Source: Spirochaetia bacterium
Lineage (GTDB): Bacteria; Spirochaetota; Spirochaetia; SZUA-6; Bin103
DNA: 64,000 nt
Assembly (NCBI GenBank): GCA_965262935.1
Contig: OZ253572.1
Location: forward strand, 6,846,445-6,910,444
Reading direction: 5' to 3'
The notes beneath the pieces were generated by a model. It did no database searches, had not been told where the DNA came from, and was given only the letters and a program-made list of their open reading frames with translations. The stretch's first letter is position 1; every line of letters starts with the position of its first letter. Shown in pieces: positions 29,574 through 39,607 of this stretch. The position numbers and the translations under genes are program-made.

Positions 29574-29975
29574 ATGCAAGACTTGACAGCCGTGGGCAAG
29601 GAACCGAGACTTTATGGCGATACCGTCCCTGTAGAGCGCCGTCGCCTGTACGAGCTATTCCTTGACCTCGTCGCGCAGCTCAGCGAGCTACAAGTCCGAG
29701 GCGATCTTTTCGTTGGCGGCAGCTTTGTGACGAAAAAGTTCAAACCGAACGACATCGACGTCGCCATCGACCTAAGCCGCGAGCCGCCGTCGTCGCCGAG
29801 CCCGCGCGTCGCGTGGCGGTTAAGCGAGGATTTTTACCCGAAAGGATTGCAATTACTCCCCGTTCTCGCGGTTGGCCGCAATTACCTGGAATGGCTCCAG
29901 CAGGTTAGACCGTTCGATTGCATGGTGTTGGGCCTGCCGGTCAACCATCGCAAAGGAATCCTGCGGGTCGCCTGA
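29574..29975 (+). CDS. minimal nucleotidyltransferase (MNT / Pol-beta-like NTase fold)
   Basis: GGSFVTKKFKPNDIDVAIDL fits the hG[GS]x9-13DhD NTase signature. 133 aa. Confidence 0.55.
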   Translation: MQDLTAVGKEPRLYGDTVPVERRRLYELFLDLVAQLSELQVRGDLFVGGSFVTKKFKPNDIDVAIDLSREPPSSPSPRVAWRLSEDFYPKGLQLLPVLAVGRNYLEWLQQVRPFDCMVLGLPVNHRKGILRVA

Positions 29976-30922
29976 TGGGCATTTGGGTCGACGCGGCCCG
30001 AGCATCGTTGCGTATTGTCCTGAACGAGTTGGCCGCGGCGCGCCTTGGAGACGAGGAGTTGGCTGACGCGTCGCGTTGGAGTGTTCTTGAAGGGATGCTC
30101 GCTGACTATAGCGTCGCCAAAGTCCTCGACGCCTCCGATCTCGTCGCGCGCTTGGAAGGGCCGGCGGTGGAATCTGGTACGCCCGCTTCCCTTGCGTCAT
30201 GGATCATGGACCTGATGTGGAAGCAGGTTAAGGCTGCCACGACTACGACCGTGGCCCTCTCCAACGCCACGGAGAGCGCGTTCGCCGGCTGGGCGCCGCG
30301 GTGGCCGAAGAGCCTCAGCGTTGACCTAACTGGAATCGGGGAAGGGAGCCTCTTCCTCGGGTTTCGCGCATCGCGGGATTCCCACCAGGAGGCAGGGTTC
30401 CTGGACACCGCGTTTGATGCCATGCACTCCGTCCTGAGCGGCATCGCCGAGGCGCCCGGCTTTTTCACTGAAACCGGCGTCCGGGAGGAAATCTCCGAGC
30501 GGTTTCCCGACCATGCGATCCGAGACTCCCTCCTTTCCGCCGTGTACAACCTCGCGCCTACCGGGCGGCGCGGCATCGCCTCCGTTACCTTCTATGCGGG
30601 CGGCGAGCCGGCGCGCCCGGCCGTGCCGCTCACCGCCGCGACCCGAAGATTCCTCAGGCCCTTGCTCGATAAACCGGTATCGTCTGATGTCAGCGGTGAG
30701 TTCCGCGGGACGATCCGCGCGGTCGATCTCGACGCCCGGCGGTTCGTGCTAAGAGGGGTTCCCGACGTAGGGGCGATTCGATGCGCGTATCCGGCAGCGC
30801 TTGACGCGCGCGTCCGGAGCCTGCTCGCCTCGGGGGCGAAAGTCGAGGTCCGTGGATCTCACGAGCCGACCAATCGTCCCCGCCTAGTGCAGGTGGAAGG
30901 CGAGATCGCGGAGGCCGAGTAG
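29975..30922 (+). CDS. hypothetical protein (315 aa), translationally coupled to the NTase
   Basis: Its ATG overlaps the TGA of the upstream gene (TGATG). No known motif, only a weak RASRDSH (Rx5H) candidate. Confidence 0.5.
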   Translation: MGIWVDAARASLRIVLNELAAARLGDEELADASRWSVLEGMLADYSVAKVLDASDLVARLEGPAVESGTPASLASWIMDLMWKQVKAATTTTVALSNATESAFAGWAPRWPKSLSVDLTGIGEGSLFLGFRASRDSHQEAGFLDTAFDAMHSVLSGIAEAPGFFTETGVREEISERFPDHAIRDSLLSAVYNLAPTGRRGIASVTFYAGGEPARPAVPLTAATRRFLRPLLDKPVSSDVSGEFRGTIRAVDLDARRFVLRGVPDVGAIRCAYPAALDARVRSLLASGAKVEVRGSHEPTNRPRLVQVEGEIAEAE

Positions 30923-31400
30923 GCCATTGACAACCCGGCCCGCACGCTAGATGTGGTTCGGGGATCAAGGGATCGGCGGCGGCCGGCACGGCTACCTGGG
31001 CAGTGAGAAGGCCGTCCCTGCTCAAGAGGTCCCTGGTCTGGGCCGACCGCAGGACCGGCCGCGCTGACGTCCTCTTGCGTTCTCCCGTTCTTGCCCTTCC
31101 TCTTTTGGCAGATTCGCCTTGAGCATTTGCGGCGTCTGTTCAGGGAAGAACGGGAGAAATTGGCCGACCCTGACTCCCGGCGGGCCAAAGCCGAATTGGA
31201 GGCTTTGCTCAAGCGGGACGCCCCGTGACCCCGAGGTCCTCCACCGCGCAGTTTCGCTGCACTCCGCCGAGAACGCCCGGTGGGTAACGGCGAACAGCAG
31301 CAGTGCGAAGAACGGTGGCCCGCTCGTTGGCGTCGTATGAGCTTCAACCGTCCGGCCCATGCCATCCCAATATAGCGCGTCCGCTATTTTCAGATCGTGA

Positions 31401-31832
31401 CTACGCCGCTCGCGTAGCAACCGTCAGGCGCTGGCCCAGTGCATGTAGCGCCGTCTCGATCTGGCCGATGTGCGATCGGTGATCGAGGTCGATCAGCCGA
31501 CGCATCGCGCCTTCGCTAAGCCCGAGCCGCTCCGCTAGCGCGGTATTGCCGACGCCCTGCTCGTGCATCGCGCCGTAGAGCGCAATCTTGGCGGCAACCA
31601 GCACCGGCAGCGCGACCGGCGTCCGCCCGCGGACCGGGGACGGCGCGGGAATAGGGTGCCGGCTCTCCACGTACCCGCCAAGGGCGGCTATCACGCAGTC
31701 CTGCGCCTCCGTCAGCGCTTCGGCTTCCGTCGCCCCTTCGGTCAACGCCTCCGGGATGTCCGGGAACGAGACGAGGATCGAACCGTCCTCCTGCCGTTGC
31801 AGGTCCGCTGGCCAGACCAGTCTCTGCGTCAT
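31401..31832 (-). CDS. hicB: HicB-family antitoxin
   Basis: The N-terminal UPF0150/HicB fold reads YPADLQRQEDGSILVSFPDIPEALTEGATEAEALTEAQDCVIAAL; the C-terminal part is HTH-like. Confidence 0.7.
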   Translation of the reverse strand: MTQRLVWPADLQRQEDGSILVSFPDIPEALTEGATEAEALTEAQDCVIAALGGYVESRHPIPAPSPVRGRTPVALPVLVAAKIALYGAMHEQGVGNTALAERLGLSEGAMRRLIDLDHRSHIGQIETALHALGQRLTVATRAA

Positions 31833-31853
31833 CCTGCTTTCCCTCCACTGCGT

Positions 31854-32252
31854 TCAGAGATCGTCGCGACTCAGTCCGAGCTGCCGGAGCATCGCCGCCA
31901 AGAGTCCCGCTCCGATCTCCTTGCGCCGGTTCTTGATAGTCGTGAAGTGTTCACCGTAGTACAGCCGCCCGTGGCTTCCCTTGCCTGCACGAGGGTCAAA
32001 CCGTACCGCAACCCCACGCTCTCGGCCCAATCGCCGCACGCGGCGCACGAACTCCTCACCGGTCAAAATATCCCGTACAGATTTGTACGAAACAATACCT
32101 GCCGGGTCAAGGGTATGTGGCCGAATCCGGTCGGGAGCGCTTTTCCAGCAGCCGGCCCGCTGATCATTCTCAACTCGCGCAAGAAGATGCTGATCGAGCA
32201 GGTGCTCTCGGTGCTGACCGCAAGAGTTCGCCCAGGAACCGGCGGCGACCAT
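31854..32252 (-). CDS. hicA: HicA-family mRNA interferase toxin (start uncertain, possible N-terminal extension)
   Basis: The C-terminal YKSVRDILTGEEFVRRVRRLGRERGVAVRFDPRAGKGSHGRLYYGEHFTTIKNRRKEIGAGLLAAMLRQLGL carries the GSH motif. The ORF could extend to 32399. Confidence 0.6.
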   Translation of the reverse strand: MVAAGSWANSCGQHREHLLDQHLLARVENDQRAGCWKSAPDRIRPHTLDPAGIVSYKSVRDILTGEEFVRRVRRLGRERGVAVRFDPRAGKGSHGRLYYGEHFTTIKNRRKEIGAGLLAAMLRQLGLSRDDL

Positions 32253-32978
32253 GGCGGTGGTGCCGATCCTGCTGGTGTCCTCTTCTCGTAGCGCTACTTC
32301 GTACGGGATCGCACTCACCGGCCTACTATAGTAGCGGAGCCGCGCGGCGGGCGCAGAGGTTGGCGTCGAAGCGCTGCAGGCGGGGCCAGGAGGTCTCAAT
32401 CGTCGTCTGGTACAGTCACATACGCAATTCGCGTTCGCCTGCTGTCATCCCATCCGGGATGGTATCGACATGCAGCGAATCCACCCCTCGCTGTCTTCCT
32501 CATCCATCGAGTTGTTGTCCTGGCGAATGTCAGCGTCGCCGTGCTCTGATCCGCACTCATCGTCACCGTCCAGGGTCAAGTGATTGGCTTCTGCGGTTTC
32601 AAAGAATCGCTGCATCCCATCCGTTTGGCGGGAACGTGTCGGTCGAACCTGGCAAGGTTGCAGCGAACAGATGCTCGGGTATACTGCGCCTGCTCAAGGG
32701 TCTGCTGTCGCACCTCGACCCGCGCATGTCATGGGGCGACTTGGTGACACGCCTGGTGCGCGATGCGGTAGCGCGGCACGACCCGCGCGGCGCCGGTAGC
32801 GGGCACAGGCGGCGCAGCGAGGGTAGCGCGGGCGCGTCACCGCAGCGGACATCGAACAAGAGCGGCTGGACCTCTGTCACGACGCCGGCCTTGTGGGGAG
32901 CCCGTCAGTCGAGCCATTTGCGGCTGACGGGTTCATTTCTATTTACCTCTCTATTTTACAAATTGCGCTGTTTGTGTT

Positions 32979-33785
32979 GTGGTCATGGCAATGAAACTGA
33001 TAAGGGCGGCCTTCCTGCTGGCCGCCATCACCGTAGCAGGATGCTGGGCCGCCACCACCGCGACGGCCCAGCCGGTCGAGCAGCCGTCCCAGAGTTGCAC
33101 CGTCCGGCAGCCCGACCCCACCTTCACGACCATCGAGACGGAGAACGCGCTGACGCGCCCGCACCGCGTGGTGGCGGTAGCGGACTGGAACGGAGATGGC
33201 CTCGACGACCTCGTGGCGTTCCCGTGGGTCGAGCACAGCAACGACCCCGCCGACCGCCATCAGACTGCCCCGCTCGCCATCTTGCTGGCTCAGCCGGACG
33301 CGACGTTCAGTCGGTTGCTGGCGCCGGGACTGACCGTCGAGGCGCGCGACCCGATCGTGCTGGTGGAAGACTTCAACCAAGATGGCACGCCCGACATGGC
33401 CGTCTTCGATGCCGGAGTCTACGCGACGGCTGAATCGACCGGCTACGGCAACCCACCGCAGCTCCTGTTGAGCAGACCTGACTTCACCCACGAGCTCTCC
33501 AGTGCGCTGGCCGACGCCGTCGCGGCCCACCGACACTCGCTCGGCCCCGACCTCCACCTCAAGAGCGCGACAATCGGAGACATCGAATGCGCCGACCTTG
33601 TGGTGTCGGGCTCCCGCCATGATTATCCTTTCGTCTACCGCCGCGTCGGCGACAGCTTCAAGCTGCAGGACCGTCCCCTCACGACCAACAACGGCTACGC
33701 CGCCGACGTCAACGGCGACGGTGCGGTCGACTTCGTGTCGCTGCCGGGCGGCACCGACGTCGAGGTGTTGCTGAACCGGCAGTAG
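32979..33785 (+). CDS. secreted FG-GAP/VCBS-repeat protein
   Basis: Signal peptide MVMAMKLIRAAFLLAAITVAGCWA; motifs DWNGDGLDDLV, DFNQDGTPDMAVFD, DVNGDGAVDFV. Confidence 0.7.
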   Translation: MVMAMKLIRAAFLLAAITVAGCWAATTATAQPVEQPSQSCTVRQPDPTFTTIETENALTRPHRVVAVADWNGDGLDDLVAFPWVEHSNDPADRHQTAPLAILLAQPDATFSRLLAPGLTVEARDPIVLVEDFNQDGTPDMAVFDAGVYATAESTGYGNPPQLLLSRPDFTHELSSALADAVAAHRHSLGPDLHLKSATIGDIECADLVVSGSRHDYPFVYRRVGDSFKLQDRPLTTNNGYAADVNGDGAVDFVSLPGGTDVEVLLNRQ

Positions 33786-33975
33786 CGGGCCAGCACGCAG
33801 AGCGTGTTGACGTTATTGACAGGGTGTGGAGAGATTGTACGTGCGTCCACGGTCGTTAGGGCATTTACGGCTGGGGCGTGGCCTTACTGAAGCTCGTCCA
33901 GACGCTCGTTGAGTAATCTGGCGAGCTCTTTACATTTCTGAGCCGCCACCTTCGCGGGCGGCCGTGTAGGTGTCT
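33587..33975. repeat. direct repeat B1 (3' end of the FG-GAP gene plus 190 bp downstream), duplicated at 61846..62236
   Basis: About 95% identity over ~390 bp. The second copy carries an extra A (CGCCAATGATTAT versus CGCCATGATTAT). Confidence 0.85.
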
Positions 33976-34039
33976 TGCCTGTTCGACTGCACCATTATTG
34001 GGCCTTTCCGCGTGCGGTTAGCCGCGCGCGGCGGGTTTG

Positions 34040-34290
34040 AGCTGGTCTATGTGGTCTTTTGTAAATTCTATAATGGTTTACTCGGTACCCCAATATCCGG
34101 TTATTGCTTCCGCAACCCCTTGATGGGCAGCCGATCATCGTTGATTCGCTTCCGTCTGGCGCCGTGACGTGCTCGGAGCCGGTCATCATGACCGTCGACG
34201 GCACCGAACGCAGCTCCGTCACCGCCGCGCCCACCTCCCTGACCTTCGCGCACACGACTCGGGACGCCGTCAAGACCGTAGGCCTGAGCG
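34040..34290. repeat. repeat element X, copy 2
   Basis: Homologous to 20330..20580; a degraded HNH N-terminal remnant (SCLFDCTII) spans its upstream junction. Confidence 0.7.
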
Positions 34291-34581
34291 TTACGACGGC
34301 GACGCTGAGTCAGAAGGCATCGCCCCAGTGCGGTTCCGGTCACGATTATTCCGAAGGTCCCGTTTACTTAGCGTTTCGTGCGGCTCTTCTGCTTTCCGCA
34401 GCCTCCGAATTCCGCGCTCATCAGCGCCCCATGAGTGTTTAATCAGCCCGCCGTCGCCGCGCCGCGCGTCGACACCCTGCGACGCCTCGAAAGCCGCCTA
34501 CAACCCGTCGGCCGTACCACGCTACGCGGGACCGACAAGCTGCGGCGTCGTATGTCTCCAGCTCACCAGTTCCGCTTGACG

Positions 34582-35607
34582 CTACGAATTCGTCACATCC
34601 TCGTCCGCAAGGTCCAGGGGAATACGGACTCGGTGAAACTCTGGAGCGTTGAGACTCCCCGAGGCAAATACCATTCCTCTCGCCGTGCCACCCGGTTTCC
34701 AATCCGGGTAGTCAAGTAGGACGTTCGATAACGTCACCTCTGTTGGACAATTCGTCTTCGGATCAAGAAAACCAGTCCCTTTGAGCTTCAACTCCCCGGT
34801 TGTACGCCCTGCGCCTGTACTGTCCCTACATGACTGAATGAGCCGAAAGTCAAAATACACTTGATCAGCATTATCCGTAGCAAAGCAATGAACTTCCCCT
34901 CTTACGCTACCGACGGTTTCGAATCCATTTTGCAGCAACAACTCTGTCACTGCATCACCTTCTTGGTCTCTAATCGACTCGAATATCTGTACCATAGAGA
35001 GTTTCATAGGCACACGTATTTCGCTCAGAAGATCATTCAGATCCTTCTTCAAGAGAACTCGATTGACGTCCGAGCACTCTTTCATCTCGCTGACCAACTC
35101 AGAAGCGAGCCCCTTTTCGTAGCTTTTCTGTTCGTAGAAGTCCGTATCTTGCGTAACAAAAAACACATCTCCTTCTTGGAGCAACTCGAGACAATGCGCC
35201 CAAATTACTCCGTCGCGGAACTCCTCCTTGGTCTTTGATGGCGGGATTCTCCTGATTATCTTTATCATCGAAGACCGAGCAACATCTACATTAAACTCAA
35301 CCTCACGGACTGGGACATCAAAATTTGACACGATGCGAGAGACCACTCCTCGGATGTCTTCTTCGAGCGGCAGCGTAAGACGCTGCAACTTGTGAAACAC
35401 CTGCAGCAGCTGTTTGTGGCTGTCTGCTGCTTGTTTTCTTAGCTTCAACAAGTGACCCGTCAGCCGCTCCTCTATTTCGAGTCTTACGATTTCCGGGACT
35501 ACGACAGTCGCCCCTTGTCTCAGGGCGAAGTGACGAACGGCGGCACCACTCCGTGATTGGAGACCCAATTGGGAAAACCACACATTTGAATCGAATAGTA
35601 TGAACAT
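34582..35607 (-). CDS. PIN-like domain protein (DUF4935-type) with a ~220-aa C-terminal extension
   Basis: N-terminal MFILFDSNVWFSQLG, with the first acidic residue of the PIN fold in the FDSN motif, then conserved acidic positions. Low GC. Confidence 0.55.
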   Translation of the reverse strand: MFILFDSNVWFSQLGLQSRSGAAVRHFALRQGATVVVPEIVRLEIEERLTGHLLKLRKQAADSHKQLLQVFHKLQRLTLPLEEDIRGVVSRIVSNFDVPVREVEFNVDVARSSMIKIIRRIPPSKTKEEFRDGVIWAHCLELLQEGDVFFVTQDTDFYEQKSYEKGLASELVSEMKECSDVNRVLLKKDLNDLLSEIRVPMKLSMVQIFESIRDQEGDAVTELLLQNGFETVGSVRGEVHCFATDNADQVYFDFRLIQSCRDSTGAGRTTGELKLKGTGFLDPKTNCPTEVTLSNVLLDYPDWKPGGTARGMVFASGSLNAPEFHRVRIPLDLADEDVTNS

Positions 35608-36532
35608 ATGAGTTTCACGGGCGCGACTAAGAGAGTTGTTCTCCGCCAAATCGGAGGGGGCACTTGCCATGGATAGGCAGTGTAGCAGTCAACGCGTAGG
35701 CGCGCTACCCTTTGGGGGGCGCGGGGGCGCGGATTCGGAAACGATGGAAACAAGCTGCCCGAGCGTAGCTTCGGAGTCGTCAGATCAGCTTCCCAATGCA
35801 GTCTCGCCGCGACGCTCCGGTAGCCGTTGCGAAGTTGTTCCACCGATCGCTACATTCGTGACGCGACACCGCGGCGCTCGTCGGTCTCCAACTCCGTCAA
35901 ACGCTGCAGCGTGACCCGTCCCACCTGACGCAAGACGTCGTCGTTGGCATGCTTCTCAGCTTGTTCCGGTCTACAATCCGGCGCCGACAATCCGGCGCCG
36001 TGGTGGACATTCAACGGACGATATGAGTATTGCTCCTATCATGGCATTAGGAATCGCAGCGACGGGTGGCCGGGGACGTTCCGGCACCTGTCCGGCTTGG
36101 AGGCCGGGGGTCACGCGCCGTCGGCTGGCGACGCGGGGACGTCGACCGATGGTTGGAGGCTCTGCCGAAGGCGTAGGCCGCCGTCGTGGGCGTGCCGGGA
36201 CCGGAGGGAAACCCCATCCGGCAACGCGGCAACCACCGAGTCGGCACGACAGTTATTCGCGGAAACAACCCAAAACCGCCAACAGGAAACTAGTGGGGAT
36301 CAAGCGATCACTGCCGGGTACTCATAACCGTTGGAGCGGAAGGCATGCTTAAGCTGTACTGGGGTGACGCCAAAGCCTGAGCGGGTTGGCGGCGGAGGGC
36401 TTCGAAGGAGAGGGCCAGCGGGCCGCCGCTGCGGGGGGAGCCGGGGGTGCCGGCTCAAGGACGGGGAGCCCGAGAAGCCGCGGTCCCGGAACTGCCACGA
36501 GCCGAGGCTTAGTCGACAGGGTGTTTTCATAC

Positions 36533-39500
36533 ATGGGCGCAAGGAATTACGATGACGGCGTGGCGCAGCCGTTTTTCGAACAACCGATCCTGAATTCGCC
36601 GTATGAATACCCGGCGCGGCACTGGGAACTGGACGAGGACCGGCAACCCACCAACCAGATCGTCGACCGTCGGCGTACCGTATCGTTCATCACGCCGATT
36701 CCCGCCGCCCGCAAGCAACGCGCGGCTCAGCGCGAGCTGGGTGTGGATGATGCCCGCGGCACGGCGGACGAGGACGGTCAGCAATACGAACTGATGAGGA
36801 TGATCGAGAGCGTGCGCCACAGCGTGAACGAGTGGCGCCGGCTGCCCCGAGCCCGGTGGCGGGTTACCGCGGAGACCGCCCGCCTGCTCCATCATTGGCG
36901 CCACCACCAGTTCAGCGACATCCGTCCATTCTTCTGCCAGGTCGAGGCGGTGGAGACCGTGATCTGGCTGACCGAGGTAGCCGCCAGCGCCGGACGCGAC
37001 GGGCGGCAGTTCGTCCAGCGGCTGCAGGAGGCGAACGACCAAGCCAACCCCGGCCTCCCGCGGCTGGCACTCAAACTCGCCACCGGCGCCGGCAAGACGA
37101 CGGTGATGGCGATGCTGATCGCGTGGCAGACGGTCAACGCGGTGCGCCATCCGGGCAGCCAGCGATTCACGCGCGGCTTCCTGGTAGTGACCCCCGGCCT
37201 GACGATCCGCGACCGGCTGCGCGTGCTGCAGCCCAACGACCCGGACAGCTACTACCAGAGCCGCGAACTGGTGCCGCGCGACATGCTCGGCGATCTGCAC
37301 CGCGCCAACATCGTCATCACCAACTACCACGCCTTCATGCCGCGTGAGACGCAGGACATCTCAAGCGGTGGACGCGCCCTGCTGCAGGGGCGCGGCCCGG
37401 AGCTGCACACGCTGGAGACCGAGGGCCAGGTGCTGCAGCGGGTCATGCCCGGCCTGATGGGCATGAAGAACATCATGGCATTCAACGACGAAGCCCATCA
37501 CTGCTACCGCGAGAAGCCCGCGCAGAAGAGCGACGAGGCCAGACTGACGGCAGACGACCGCCGGGAGGCCAAGAAGAACAGCGAAGCCGCTCGGGTATGG
37601 ATTTCCGGCCTCGAAGTGGTGCAGCGCAGGCTGAGTCTGAGCAGGGTGCTCGATCTTTCGGCCACGCCATTCTTCCTGCGCGGCTCCGGCTACGCGGAGG
37701 GCACGCTGTTCCCCTGGACAATGAGCGACTTCTCGCTGATGGACGCGATCGAGTGCGGCATCGTCAAGCTGCCGCGCGTGCCGGTGGCGGACAACATCCC
37801 CAGTGGCGAGATGCCCACGTTTCGGAACCTGTGGGAGCACATCGGCACGAAGATGCCACGAAAGGGGCGCGCCAAGTCCGCGCTGCTCGACCCGCTGAGC
37901 ATTCCCACACGGTTGAAGACCGCCCTCGAAGCGCTCTATGGCCACTACCAGAAGATCTTCGACCAGTGGCGCGAAACGGGCATTCAAGCGCCTCCGTGCT
38001 TCATCGTCGCGTGCAACAACACGGCCACCTCGAAACTGGTCTACGACTACATCTCCGGGTTTCATCGCCAACATGAGGACGGCTCCTCTTCGCTCGAGAA
38101 CGGAAGGCTGGAGTTGTTTCGGAACTTCGACGAATACGGCCACCCGCTCGCCAGACCGCACACCCTGCTGATCGACAGCGAGCAGCTCGACTCCGGGGAA
38201 GGACTCGGCCGGGACTTCCGGGTCGCCGCGAGCGACGAGATCGAGCGCTTCCGTCGCGAGATCGTCGCGCGCACCGGCGACCGCCGCCAGGCCGAAAGCC
38301 TCTCCGACCAGGACCTGTTGCGCGAAGTGATGAACACCGTCGGCGTCGCGGGCCGGCTCGGCGGCTCCACCCGCTGCGTGGTGTCGGTCTCGATGCTCAC
38401 CGAGGGCTGGGACGCGCGCACCGTCACCCACATCCTCGGAGTGCGCGCGTTCGGCACCCAGCTTCTGTGCGAGCAGGTGGTGGGCCGCGCTCTGCGCCGC
38501 CAGTCCTACGATCTGAACGAAGAGGGCCTGTTCAACGTCGAGTACGCGGACGTGCTCGGCATCCCGTTCGACTTCACCGCCCAGCCGGTCGCCGCCAGGC
38601 AGCCGAAGCCGCGCGAGACGGTACCGGTCCGGGCCATCACCCCGGATCGGGACGCCTGCGAGATTCGCTTTCCGCGCGTCCAGGGATACCGCGTGGAACT
38701 GCCGGAGGAACACGTCGACGCGAAGTTCGGCCAGGACTCGACCCTGGTCCTCACCCCGGACATCGTCGGCCCTTCCGTCACGCACAATGCCGGCATCATC
38801 GGCGAGGGCGTCGACCTGAACCTGATCCACCGCCGGGATCTGCGCCCTGCCACGCTGGTCTACCATCTCACCAAGACCCTGCTGGAGAAACACTGGCGCG
38901 CGCCCGATCAGGAGCCGAAGCTGCACCTGTTCGGTCAACTCAAGCGAGTCACCCGCCGCTGGCTGACCGATCACCTGGTCTGCAACGGTGGCACCTACCC
39001 CGCTCAACTCATGTACCAGGAGCTGGCCGACCAGGCGTGCACACGCATCACGCGCGGAATTGTGGCGCGGCATCTCGGGGAGCGCCCGGTCACCGCGGTG
39101 CTGGATCCCTACAACCCGACCGGCTCCACGATCCACGTCAACTTCACCACCTCGAAGCAGCCCCGCTGGCAAACCGACGCCCGCCTGTGCCACGTGAACT
39201 GGGTGGTCTGCGACAGCGAGTGGGAGGCGGAGTTCTGCCGCTTCGTCGAGTCGCAGCCGCAGGTCCACGCTTACGTGAAGAACCACGGCCTCGGGCTGGA
39301 GGTTCCCTACCGGTACGGCTCCGAGGCGCGCACCTACCTCCCCGACTTCATCGTGCTGGTGGACGATGGCCGCGGCGAGGATGATCTGCTCCACCTCGTG
39401 GTCGAGATCAAGGGCTACCGCCGCGAGGACGCCAAGGAAAAGAAGGCCACCATGGACACCTACTGGGTGCCGGGCATCAACCGCTCCGGTGCCTACGGCC

Positions 39501-39607
39501 GCTGGGCCTTCGCAGAGTTCACCGACGTGTATACGATTGGCGACGAATTTGCCGCCGCGACCGGGCTCGTGAATGTCGATGCCGACAAGAAAAGGATTGC
39601 TGGATAG
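36533..39607 (+). CDS. res: type III restriction-modification restriction subunit (Res, SF2 helicase + endonuclease)
   Basis: N-terminal QPFFEQPILNSPYEYPARHWELD, a hallmark of type III Res. Walker A ATGAGKT, DEAH-box-like FNDEAHHCY, motif VI SMLTEGWDARTVTHILGVRAF. Confidence 0.9.
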   Translation: MGARNYDDGVAQPFFEQPILNSPYEYPARHWELDEDRQPTNQIVDRRRTVSFITPIPAARKQRAAQRELGVDDARGTADEDGQQYELMRMIESVRHSVNEWRRLPRARWRVTAETARLLHHWRHHQFSDIRPFFCQVEAVETVIWLTEVAASAGRDGRQFVQRLQEANDQANPGLPRLALKLATGAGKTTVMAMLIAWQTVNAVRHPGSQRFTRGFLVVTPGLTIRDRLRVLQPNDPDSYYQSRELVPRDMLGDLHRANIVITNYHAFMPRETQDISSGGRALLQGRGPELHTLETEGQVLQRVMPGLMGMKNIMAFNDEAHHCYREKPAQKSDEARLTADDRREAKKNSEAARVWISGLEVVQRRLSLSRVLDLSATPFFLRGSGYAEGTLFPWTMSDFSLMDAIECGIVKLPRVPVADNIPSGEMPTFRNLWEHIGTKMPRKGRAKSALLDPLSIPTRLKTALEALYGHYQKIFDQWRETGIQAPPCFIVACNNTATSKLVYDYISGFHRQHEDGSSSLENGRLELFRNFDEYGHPLARPHTLLIDSEQLDSGEGLGRDFRVAASDEIERFRREIVARTGDRRQAESLSDQDLLREVMNTVGVAGRLGGSTRCVVSVSMLTEGWDARTVTHILGVRAFGTQLLCEQVVGRALRRQSYDLNEEGLFNVEYADVLGIPFDFTAQPVAARQPKPRETVPVRAITPDRDACEIRFPRVQGYRVELPEEHVDAKFGQDSTLVLTPDIVGPSVTHNAGIIGEGVDLNLIHRRDLRPATLVYHLTKTLLEKHWRAPDQEPKLHLFGQLKRVTRRWLTDHLVCNGGTYPAQLMYQELADQACTRITRGIVARHLGERPVTAVLDPYNPTGSTIHVNFTTSKQPRWQTDARLCHVNWVVCDSEWEAEFCRFVESQPQVHAYVKNHGLGLEVPYRYGSEARTYLPDFIVLVDDGRGEDDLLHLVVEIKGYRREDAKEKKATMDTYWVPGINRSGAYGRWAFAEFTDVYTIGDEFAAATGLVNVDADKKRIAG

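Noticed and set aside
32117-33433. 438-aa plus-strand ORF
   Set aside because: It overlaps the FG-GAP gene in another frame and extends into non-coding GC-rich DNA, with no motifs.
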